Shown here: positions 1 to 10,939 of the stretch, in pieces
Layout of the letters: each line of letters begins with the position of its first letter
Numbering within the stretch: the stretch's first letter is position 1
Assembly: GCF_000497125.1 (NCBI RefSeq)
Contig: NC_090600.1
Span: 1,571,197 to 1,635,196 of the forward strand
Length of the DNA: 64,000 nt
Direction of reading: 5' to 3'
Source: Spironucleus salmonicida
Lineage: Eukaryota
Position numbers and translations under genes: made by a program
Notes under the pieces: generated by a model
Databases searched by the model: none
What the model saw: only the letters and a program-made list of their open reading frames with translations
Told to the model about the DNA's origin: nothing

Positions 1-630
1 TTGATCGGTTAAAAGTACGATTGGTAGCGTATATTATTAGCAGTTCTTAGTGTGGGATTTGGAATTATCTATGTACTACTGGACACAGAAACTGCTGGAG
101 CTAAAAATATTATTCTGGGAGATATTTTTGCTTTTGTTGGATGTATTTTATATGCTCTAGGTAGTGTTATAAACTAGATGGGATGCGAGGGTGTTGATTC
201 TGTATGTTTTTTAGCTAATATGGCACCTGGAGCGGTAATAGTTGGAAGCGTTATTTCTGGAGTTTCTGAATACAATTTGTTTTAAACAATTAAGTGGTAG
301 ACATGGTTACTTATTTTAGCTTATGCAGTAGAAATGATGATATTTTACTATATAACCGTACTGTTACTATAAAAAACTGCTGCTGTGTATTTTAATCTTT
401 GCTTATTGGTTAGTAACGTTTATTCGTTTGTAATAGCTATTTTTTTATTCAAAACTACACCTAAATGGTATATTATATTTCCTATAATTGGTTTATTAGC
501 TTGCACAATTTTATATTTTTGGTATGACGATAAAGTAAATAAGAAATTCCTAAAGGATAATGAAATCCTTTAATAACATAGTTATTAATCTCTAAATATA
601 GATGTACAAGAATAAGTGAATGAAAATTGA
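1..630 (+). CDS. SLC35F-like (DMT superfamily) multi-pass transporter, 5'-partial
   Basis: Table 6, frame 1: ...NIILGDIFAFVGCILYALGSVINQ...AAVYFNLCLLVSNVYSFVIAIFLF...; several hydrophobic helices; GD..GxxLYA and FNLxLL patterns resemble SLC35F1/2; TGA 628-630. Confidence 0.65.
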
Positions 631-743
631 TTAGTATTATTAAATTAATTATTTTAAATCGCTTGCGAAAAAATTGTTAACTGCTGTTGCTTATATATAT
701 AAATATATATATATATTCCTTTTCAAATTACCACTTCACAAAT

Positions 744-3700
744 ATGTCAGTTGTGAGAAACTTTTAACCATTAACATATCTTGAATTAATCACAGATTAT
801 GCTTATATAGTTATCGATGATGAACTTAGTACATCTGCGAGAAAATAAATTAAGCTAAGACTGTTTTAAGCATATGTCCCAAGAATTTACATTGAAAATA
901 TACCTTTATTAATCAAAGAATCAGGAAAATAACCTATTAGATCTATTATATTAATTTCACAAAACACATCTATTGATACAGCTCCTTTATCATCATTGGA
1001 TTTCAAAATTATTAATGATGATGATATGAATAAACTTTTAACGTAGATAGAAGATTTAGCATAAAGTACTAAAACATGGATTCAAAAGCTTTTTGGTCCA
1101 TTAGCTGATGTATATTCTCACCGACTAAAGCTTAGATAAGTACAACTAGCTACTTAGTTTTATGATCTTCTTTAGTTAGCTACATTGTAATCATCTGAAA
1201 TTAGCGAAGATATATCTCTTGATCATGATATTTAAAAATAACTAAACGAATAAATGAAAATCTACAATTGCATACAGAGAGAATGTATTAAAAATACATT
1301 TTACTAAAATATGATTGCTGCCCTTAAGTAATAATAATAAATATTATAGTCCTAGCAAATAAATTATGCATCTACTTCCAATTTCCTTTAAGTGTAGGAC
1401 TTTGAATAATTATTTGCTCCTAAATCACTAGAATCATTAGAGTGCAAGTAGACGTTAAATAATCACACATTACATTTCTTAACAGGTAAGAGTTTATCGT
1501 ATGATCCTATTTAACTTTAATTTCCCCTTTGTGATGATCCTACTAAGCCTTGGTTTTATATTAACGATGCTAGAATTACTTATAATACTCCTGTAGATAG
1601 TTTACCATATGGGCGTCTTTTGATATAAGGCAATTATCTTAAACAACCTAGCTGTATCCTTCAGAATACAGCACTTGGAGAAGGTGCAGATGAGCTTTCA
1701 TAGAATTATTAAACTTTTGAAACTTCTATTGCTAAAGCATGCCATGCAGTCTCTTAACTTTTAGTTAGCGCAACCAAACATTCTAAAAGAGTTCTAAGCT
1801 TAATTTCTGATGAAATAAAAGCAATTTAAGGTATGGATGTTAAAGATATTCAATTAAATTATTAGGATGGTGACTTTAGTTTGAAAAAATCTAAAGTCTA
1901 TAGAAACACATTAGAAGAAGATGTAGACGATTTTATTATATAAAATTCCGCTTTATTATGCGACATCGGTTATAATAGGGAAAAACTTCCTTGTTATAAA
2001 CAGTATTTAGAATTAAAATTATAAGATTAAAGCTAGTTTACTTATGATTAAAAGTTTATTATGATACTTTGCGACAAGCTATAATTCCCAGATAATTCGA
2101 AGCTGTCTAAATCATGGATTATGGATTTCGATGAAATGTTTTTAGTCAATAGAACTTTCAACGGCTAATCACCAGTTTCCCTTTATACATAAGAAGCGAC
2201 AATCAAACCAACTGATGAAGATGACATTATAACAATACGTCCTAAGTTTATACAGTCTTAGTACTAGCTATCTATCTAAAGAATGAACAGGAAAAGAACA
2301 ACATATGACATGATAGTTTTATTGGGTTAATTCTTATCGTTGGTATCATAGATTGATCCCCTACCTAAAAGATCATACACACACCGCCTTCTGTTTAATG
2401 AAAAGTTAGCATTAAAACATCTTTTTGTTCCTCACGAGATAGCTGAATAATGTGAATAAGAACGTTTAGTTTTATAGTAGAACAACTAAAATAATGTTAA
2501 AAATGCTATCACACCTTAAAACAATAAGTAGTTCTATGATCTAGTAGTTTCAAAAGTAGAGTAAATATCTTCTAGAGATAAATTTGCGAAAACACGTGTT
2601 GCTGAAGATTGTAATCCTGGAGATTGTGCAGTATGCAATGTCAGATTCGATAGCTATAAGTAGCATATATTCAGTTCAGACCATAAAAGATAGTATAGAA
2701 ACATAATGTAATAGAATGAAAATATGCTAGCAGAACTATAGAGATATTAATTAAGATATGATATTGTTTAGGCTTTAAATACTTAATTAAATGCAATAGC
2801 ATGTACTTTGGCATCAGAGATGAATATATCCTGGTCCTAGGCAATCACTGCTATCAATGAGTCAATTAGAGCGGTAGGTGGCTAGTTTTAACTAGATACG
2901 GAAGATGCACCTCGTGCAGGATCTCCAACCTGCAAATCTAATCAATTTGCTCATTGGAGAGAAGACTAATGCCTTAGAAGATAAAGTATGTTAGAAAATG
3001 TTTTAACATCAGGGCAAAGCAGAAAATCCGGATATAAGAGAATAAAAGCATGTGCTGGATCATTTTTAGTATGTGTTTTAGGGGTAGAGAAAAATAGAGT
3101 TAAGTGTATCGAATAATTTTTATAGGATTAGTTCTCAGTATAATAAAAAGAGAATACATTTAGTAAAAATTTAATTGATTATATGTATTACGAGTATATT
3201 GATGAACCTAACCAGTTTGAAAAAGGGTAGGTAAGAATTGTCTTGAAAAACGATCCTCAATATTGGTTCCACTAACCTGGCTATAATAAGTTGCTAAATA
3301 TAGCATATATCACTTTACTATGTAGAGCAGCACAAGGTATGCCTCTTACTGCGGAGACCAAATAAGACTAGTATATTGACTTAGAAGAAACCAAATTTTA
3401 AAATGATGCTTATTTGTTATAAATTAGTAACTATCTTTCAGATTGCTTCCCTTAAATTGATGGTGTAGTGTATCAATAAGCTCTTACAAAATTATAAGAA
3501 AAGAGATTTCTATAATCGGGCCCTAAGCAGTCGTTGTAATAGCCTACGGCATCCCTAGATGTAATGAAACTAGATATTAAGAGCTTAAAATAAGAGCTCG
3601 CTGATATTGAAATTGGCCATATTCCAAAAACGGATAGTATCATTAGAATCGCCAAGACAATTATTCAAATATAGGAGGATAAATAAATATCTACACAATA

Positions 3701-5195
3701 ACTTTATTAAAAGGCTATTGAGTAATTCAAATCTAAATAATTACCAGATATCCACCCGAGAATACAACCAGCTATTTAAGAGTTTGTCAACGGTAATACA
3801 ATTACAGATTTATCAACCATTTCATTTAAAAATCCTGAAAATTACGAAGAAAGCGACAGTTGTGAACTGGAAGTAACTCCTTATAGAGTTAAATTGCCTC
3901 AGTTCAATATTTTTGATCCATTAATTAAAAAGAACGACGAGTTAGTTTAAACTGTTATAGACTAGTTGAATACTGAATAGTCAAAGCTTTAAAATATTTC
4001 ATCTGCTGTTAAACAAGAAGGAGTTAAGCCTGGAAACTATCCATAATAATTCCAATAAATACTTCATTCTCCTAATCACAGAATCGCAGAAATTGGTGTC
4101 ACAAACTCATTACTAGAGTGTTCTAATACATTGATATAGAAAATCTTCTAACAAGCTTCTGAAACACTATAAATCTCATTGTCTGCTTTTGTTTATCATA
4201 CGAACTAAGAGTATGCAGGTACTAACACTCTACAAACTTTTGAGCCCATAACCAATGACAAAAACTATCTTCTTGACGAAGTTAAACCCCACATTTTATC
4301 AGAAGTTTAACGTGCAAATTCTTGTGTCAGACACGAGAAATCACCATCTAAAGTTCACAGATCAATCCGTGCGAACTCAATTTGTACAAGAGATTGCAAT
4401 TTAGACCCAGAGTAAGTCTCACTTTACTACTTACGCAACGCTGACTATACACCTTAATTCACTGACTCCTTATCAACTGTATCGTCGCCACAAATGGTCA
4501 CAGTCGGAGAGCAGTCTACCAACATCGCATATTCTACAGTTTTAGCTGACAATTATGTTTCAGCGAACTACGAGCAGCAGTCAACACCAGAAGCTCTAAA
4601 ATTGAACAACAAACCCATTATCGCCTCCCCAATCCTCTCAACGTCATCCCACTACCAATTCTACAGACAAATGTTGCCTGAAAATTTTGACCAGCTCGCC
4701 ACGAAGCAGCAGAAGATGCTACTGCGCCAGTTCATTCCAATTTCAGAGTCTCAAATTTCTGCCGTTTACGCCACCCTGGCGACGGTCTATGGCGGTTTCT
4801 CGCAAATGATCGAAATTACGGTCCAGTTCTGGAAGAGCTCAGCGGACGCGATTTTGGGCAGTTCGAGCTCAGTGCACACCATTTTGCACGAGAAACACTA
4901 CGGTTTAAACATCGCTGATATCGCAAGTGTAACGCTGATCGGGCTGACAGCCAGGAGCAAGCTTTTGCAGGAGAAGGCCGAGGCCGATAAAAGGGAGAGG
5001 AAACTGAGAATTGCTAGCAAGCAGGTCAACAGGTGCGTGCCGCCAGATGGCATTGTGGACAAGAGGATCATCGAGGACGCGTTTTCGGTTAGGGAGGAAA
5101 TCGATGTAAAGGTCGTCAAAAATGAAGGTTTCGCTGACAAGCTTAACTGCGACATCATAATTGGTGGTATTTACGGACTGAACGGGACTGAGTGA
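744..5195 (+). CDS. Dbf4-like protein with DBF4-type zinc finger (~1483 aa)
   Basis: ATG 744 is in frame with track ORF 4494-5195. PGDCAVCNVRFDSYKQHIFSSDH at 2616-2684 has C-x2-C-x9-H-x5-H spacing; KPWFYINDARITYNTP (~1545-1592) resembles motif M; the N-terminus resembles motif N. Confidence 0.6.
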
Positions 5196-5401
5196 AGGAT
5201 GGGTGATTTTTAGGGCTAGTTTAAAAAAATCAGATCGGGGTCATAAGATACTTGAAGATTTGAAAAATAGGAAAAATAAGATCGGAAAATTCAATTTTCG
5301 TAAAGTTAATATATTATTTTATATAAATTAGAATATAATGTTTATACTAGAAGCTTTATGTTATTATATAATATAGTATACATATAGCTTTATAAATCAA
5401 A

Positions 5402-6286
5402 ATGAACCAAACTGCATATGAGATTCTCAACGTTAAATTTGAAGATGAAAATAGCGAAATTTCATATGATAACAAGAACTATATGTAATCCATAGCTTAT
5501 AAAGCAATTAATAGCAAAACAGCTAGGAAGTTTTATGAATTAACCAAGCAAGTTAAAATAGATGTAACAAAAGTTTCAGCACTCCTAGCTGACAACCAAT
5601 TAACCTGGCAAAAAGACGCACCTCACTACTTCAATGCCTGGGTAGATACTATTGAGAACAAGCCAATTAAGCTTGAATATAAACATATTTCGCTTATCGA
5701 TAAGGAGTCTTTCGGTACAAACTAGACACTATAGTTCACGTTTTATGTTGATATATCACTTAAAGTGGACAACTAAATCATGGAAAAGAAGATTAAAATG
5801 AGTAATAAGCAGTCTATTACTTCATCCAAGTAGATAACATTCCAAATTCCATATATCAGAACTAACGCTAATATAAACGCAGCTTTTCCTAAATCTGATC
5901 CTCTTACTGAGCTTTTACCAGATTTGCAGTTTATGTAAAACTCGCTTTTTAGAGCCAAACCAACTGATTCTGAGGAGGATATTGACATTAAAGAATACAA
6001 AGAAGAAATTTCAATGGTATTAACAGCGTAGCTTGTTGAATTTTATGATTTATTAGTTTGCAAATTTAGTGTTTTCAAGCCTGAAACTTTTGAGATTGGG
6101 TTGGACTGCTAGTTCAAAAAATGTGAAATGATTTATAATAATTGCATCGTTTAAAATTATAAACTCGATAAGACACCGAGATTTTTGATTATGAATTTGG
6201 TGAATGGTGGAATCGTGGGTCAGAAGGGTGAGAGCAAGACGAAATAGCTTATTTAAGGTTTTTTGAGAAAAAATGAAAAGGAATGA
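5402..6286 (+). CDS. hypothetical protein, possibly a degenerate DnaJ-like protein lacking HPD
   Basis: MNQTAYEILNV...IAYKAINSKTARKFYE resembles J-domain helices I and IV; no HPD seen; ends TGA 6284-6286. Confidence 0.5.
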
Positions 6287-6294
6287 AAAATTAT

Positions 6295-6528
6295 TCATTT
6301 CACTAAGAAATTTAATAGCTAATCATTTGTATATAACGAATTTGCTACTTGATCATAGATTCTAGCATATTAAGCTGTAAATATAGTAATTTTAGTAACC
6401 TGCTTGCTGGTTAGTTCAGTTTAGTTGAGTGGAATAAAATATTTGAAAGCAAGATTAGTTATCTCCTATTCATATTTTCTAAGTAGATCTTGCTAAAGGG
6501 CATTTTTGAAATTTGCTAAAAGTGACAT
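6295..6528 (-). CDS. small hypothetical protein (77 aa)
   Basis: MSLLANFKNALQQDLLRKYEQ...LLNFLVK*; fills the gap between neighbours; ATG-to-TGA in table 6. Confidence 0.55.
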
Positions 6529-6585
6529 TTACTTTGTATATTCTATTTATACAATTATATAATAAAGATATTATATATACGAAAA

Positions 6586-7413
6586 ATGATTATCTTATTA
6601 GCATGGATGTAGTAATTTCCTTAATCAGAGTTTTACTTCTCTAATAAAATTGTTATTATAGAAAAAGAACCAGTTTTTAATTTTACGAATTTTGATAGGA
6701 AAAATATAAGTTGTTTTTCAAATACTAAGCATTCTTAATTTTAATATTAAAAACCTGATTTTACACAGAATATACCCAAATTGATAGATTCAGTTATGGA
6801 TGATATAAATATTACTTCTTTTTCTGATACATATTTCCTACATTTTAACAAAACTATCTTTAATTTAAACTTTTCTCATTTCAAAGTACCCTAATTTTAA
6901 AAATTAAAAATAGAAGTAAATTATAATGGAGAAATATTATCATAAGAACAATCTTGGATGTATGCTGTTGCAGGATTGGTGCAGATATAAGGAGTTAAAC
7001 ATCAAAAATATCAATTGTTCGAAAATGAGTAACCAGTTGATCTAGATTTGGAGGAGTTTGCAAAATACTAAAAAGATTTAGATATTATTAGACCTAGAAC
7101 TACATATTGGAGATAACAATAAGATTATTACTAGACTAATAAAATGGCGTTTAAAAATAGATTAATTGACTCATAAGTGGAACATGTTTATATAACTTAA
7201 TTTAATTTTGATGATATTGTGGTGTAGATTATAGGCGTATGTATGCCTAACTTTTCTAATTCCAACTAAATGAATTGCGAGATAGTAAATTTCTCAAGCA
7301 TAGGTGATAAGGTGGAAATAACATTAGGTTGCTAAAGATTATGCCAAATTGAAAGACTTTATTAAAGTGTATTTAGAAACTCATTAAGTGTTGATTTAAA
7401 TATTTGTTAGTGA
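6586..7413 (+). CDS. hypothetical protein with short hydrophobic N-terminus
   Basis: MIILLAWMQQFP...; ends TAGTGA; TATAATA upstream. Confidence 0.6.
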
Positions 7414-7472
7414 TTCATTTACTGGTAGATACTATAATATTATTTCATTATTTTTAACTTTTCAGTCTAATA

Positions 7473-8201
7473 ATGAAAAATAATGTATGTATTTTAACTG
7501 GATAAATAGGATGCGGGAAATCAACCATAGCGTAAAAACTAAATACATTAGGATACAATGTTTTCGATGCTGATGATATTGTTCGATTTTTGTAATAGCC
7601 AGGACAATATTGTTATAATTAGATTGTTAAAAATTTTTAAAACATAGTATTAGAGGATAAGTAATTAGATCGCAAGCAAATATCACAGTAGGTGTTTGGA
7701 CCCTAAAACATGGAAAAATTATAGCTTTTAAATAAGATTGTTCATCCTTAAGTTAATAAGTAAATTAAAAAAATATTGTTCTTTAATATTTTTAAATTAA
7801 AAATACTATCAGGCATTCCTTAAGATTGTATTTACAATCGATATAACAAGGCTTTAATAGTGGTTATACCTTTATGGCTTGAGTAATCAAAGAAAACAAT
7901 TTTCCCTGTATTTGATATCTAGCTATCTAGTTAAGAGGAGCAAATTAAAAGGTTACTAAATCGTGGGCATTCTCATTAAGATGCAGTAAATCGAATTAAA
8001 GCATAAATGAGTTTTGATGAGAGGAGAAAAAGAGCAAATCGTGTGTTTATTAATGATAGTCCAGATACGAATATTTTAGTTTAATAATTGTCTTAATATA
8101 TAAATAATTATTAAGGAGGAACATTGTATACTATTTATTAACACATAACATAGATTATATTTATTCTACTGGTCGTTATTGTCTATTTAGTGATTTTTTG
8201 A
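7473..8201 (+). CDS. coaE: dephospho-CoA kinase (CoaE/DCAKD) with C-terminal tail anchor
   Basis: MKNNVCILTGQIGCGKSTIA...VFDADDIVR...LDRKQISQQVF...LNKIVHP...IPLWLE...RIKAQMS; hydrophobic C-terminus IIFILLVVIVYLVIF*. Confidence 0.9.
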
Positions 8202-8347
8202 TATGACTCTTATAGTAAACTGTTTTTGGCTTCATCATTTCAATACTGAAGCAACAGTATTGCTCATTTAATCAATTTTTTACAAATCATAAACAAATTT
8301 AGATGATTTAGTATCTCTATATATTGTATACAAAAATATTAATCACT

Positions 8348-8836
8348 ATGGAAAATAATGAAATAAAAATATAAATGGCGGAAAATGCGAATCTGTTACA
8401 CGAAATATCCTGCTAGCAATAATTAGATATACTAACAGTAAAACATGCTACACAGGTATAATAATATTAAGATAAAATCAGCATATTAAATGCATAATTA
8501 GAAGCGAAACAACAGCTTATTGACGTTCTAATCAATCCGAACAATATAGATTTTCTGCCAGAAAGTCTTGAAAATTCATCATATGAGCAAGCTAAATTGC
8601 CTAGCGAGGATCTCCCTCTTTAGTAGAATTTAGAGCGCCAGCGTGAGTTATTTTTTGAGCTCCAGGCGATGGATTCCCACAGTTCTGATTAACCTGACTA
8701 TTTTTCAGAAAAAATATCTCTTATTAGCTCCAAACTAGATCTGCTTGAATCTCAATAGCAGGGCGTTGAAGAATCTAAAACTATCATCCAGGCCAAAATT
8801 CAAAAGGATGAACTATCGCTAGACGAGCTGAAGTGA
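8348..8836 (+). CDS. coiled-coil hypothetical protein
   Basis: MENNEIKIQMAENANLLHEIS...; heptad-rich; ends AAGTGA. Confidence 0.65.
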
Positions 8837-8846
8837 GGTATTTCTG

Positions 8847-9947
8847 TCACGGCTTTTCTCCCTGCATTTCTGCGAGCAGCTCCTCGACAGTAAAATTGTC
8901 ACTGCCCTCCTCCTCCGCGAGCTGATTTATCAGCTCCATCCGGCGGCTTTCTCTCGACTGACCAGCATTTTAAATCTGCTTGATTAGCCCGTCCAAAATC
9001 TGGCCAGTTTGAGCCTGCTGCTGCTCCAGTTCAGCATTTTGACCCACTTGACAGTTCGCCGTCAAGTTTTCAGGCTTTTCATCCTAGAAAGTCACTGCCT
9101 CGTCCCCGCCTACTCCACATGATGCGGTTTGCTTCTTGTCGTCGTCCTGGAAAAGGTCATACTCAGATTATATGTCGTTCTGGAGGTTACTTTTTGGTTC
9201 CACCTGCGGTTGACTCATGAAGTTTGGGATTTTGGATAGATCTACCTGCTGCTAATCTTCCGGCGCAGCAGTCTCAAAGCCACAGTTCGAGTCAACTTAA
9301 TCATACACAATATCATACTTTTTTACTGGTGCTTCTTCAGTCACCTGCGTCAAAGAATCGCTTTTTGCGCTTTGGTTTCGAGCCTGTTAGAGTTCTGATG
9401 CTACTTTGTAGCCACCCTACGAACGTATGACATCTCGGGGAGCAATTTACGATGTTAGCATTTAAGCTTTGGCTTCCTCAGCGCGCTGTAGAACTTATCT
9501 TGTCAGGTCATCGGCTTTGGAGGTAAAATTGACATCTATTACTCCAAGTTTCCCTACAGCCTTCGCATAAAGCGAGTTACAGTTATCGCTCAGCTGATTA
9601 AGTGGCTATGCTGGCTTTTTGGTTGGCGTGGCTTCGCGTTTGAATTTCATTTATTACGCGATTTCGTGTGATAGCTGAGGCTTCGCCGTAGATTATCGCG
9701 GAGTAGTTTTAATGGTTTTTGTAGGAATAATTTGACCAATTCCTGAAATAGTTATTTTTGACTGCTGCTGGGAGAATGAAGTGGCTTACGTTGTTTGTAT
9801 TTTTGGTGGTTTAGCTTGGCTCTAAGCGGGGTATTGGGCCTTCATTTGCAAGAGTTATTTTTCCATTTAAAGTATCTCTTGTTCATGCTGCTTTGTCTTA
9901 GCCTACTCGGATTTGAGACCTATTTTTGCAGCAGACGTTGGGAACAT
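8847..9947 (-). CDS. hypothetical low-complexity/coiled-coil protein (366 aa)
   Basis: MFPTSAAKIGLKSEQAKTKQHEQEILQMEKQLF...EELLAEMQGEKP*; length divisible by 3; relatively GC-rich. Confidence 0.7.
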
Positions 9948-10050
9948 TAAAATAAATTTTGGTATTTATAGATTAAAATATAATAAATTTTACAAGAATT
10001 ATTTTAAAAATTATATAAATATAATATTATAATAACGCAGGAAGGCGAAA

Positions 10051-10905
10051 ATGAGCTAAAATTCAGGATTTAATTAGTTTGTTACAAGGTCGGCTAATAA
10101 CTTAAATCAGAAAATTTACATCATTTATCTAGTCGCTCTATCTGTTTCTGTTTTCATTATATCATACTTGTATGTCTAAACTGTTTAGATGATTCCAGCA
10201 TCGAAAAATTTTAAAAACCTTATACCTAAATTTTCATACTCATTTAGATTACCATAAATTTCAATTTAGACAATTTATCCTGATTTCCGTGGTTACATTG
10301 TATATTCATGCCCTGCAATGTAAATAGATTTTGAACACCCTGTATAATCATAAGTTTTGCTTAAATACGCACCAGATAACAAACATTTTCATTTTTAAGT
10401 TACTAATGGTACTATATTATCATTAATTTTTGATAGAAATGGTGCATCTGATAGATAAAATGTCGTTGTGATGAAAGATTAGGAATTTATTGGTAATACA
10501 GATAACATTATATGTGAATTGATTTCTTGTAATTTTGTGATCTCTTCTGTATTAAATGCTAAACATGATGTATTATTAACTGTTAATTCTTTTCAGATAC
10601 TAACAAATAACTGTAATAAAATTGAATCTACTCAAGTACATCATATTCTAAATCCTGAAAGAAATTATTGTTCTTACTTTGTTAATCTACATCCATAAAA
10701 TTATGTAGTGTTTAATGAAATTTTCGAATAAAGTATTTGGGGGATGTAAAAAGGTAATGGGTTTGATATTTATAGATTAGTGAAAAATGACGACGGGCTT
10801 AATTTTTTAACATTAAGTTTATGTGGTCTTAGTATATTTTTGGTGATTGGAGGTGTAGGACATGCACTAATTAAATCAATTGTTGATAATGTGAAGGTAG
10901 ACTGA
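10051..10905 (+). CDS. hypothetical two-TM membrane protein
   Basis: Hydrophobic IYIIYLVALSVSVFIISYLYV near the N-terminus and FLTLSLCGLSIFLVIGGVG near the C-terminus; TGA 10903-10905. Confidence 0.6.
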
Positions 10906-10939
10906 TTTATATATTTAAATTTATGTATTAAATCAGAAT

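Noticed and set aside
693-716. (TA)n tract
   Set aside because: Short simple repeat in a promoter region; expected at this base composition.
5193-5255. Selenocysteine/readthrough of TGA 5193-5195 into a short in-frame extension
   Set aside because: The stop has the usual AGTGA context, a second TGA follows within 20 codons, and no SECIS was seen.
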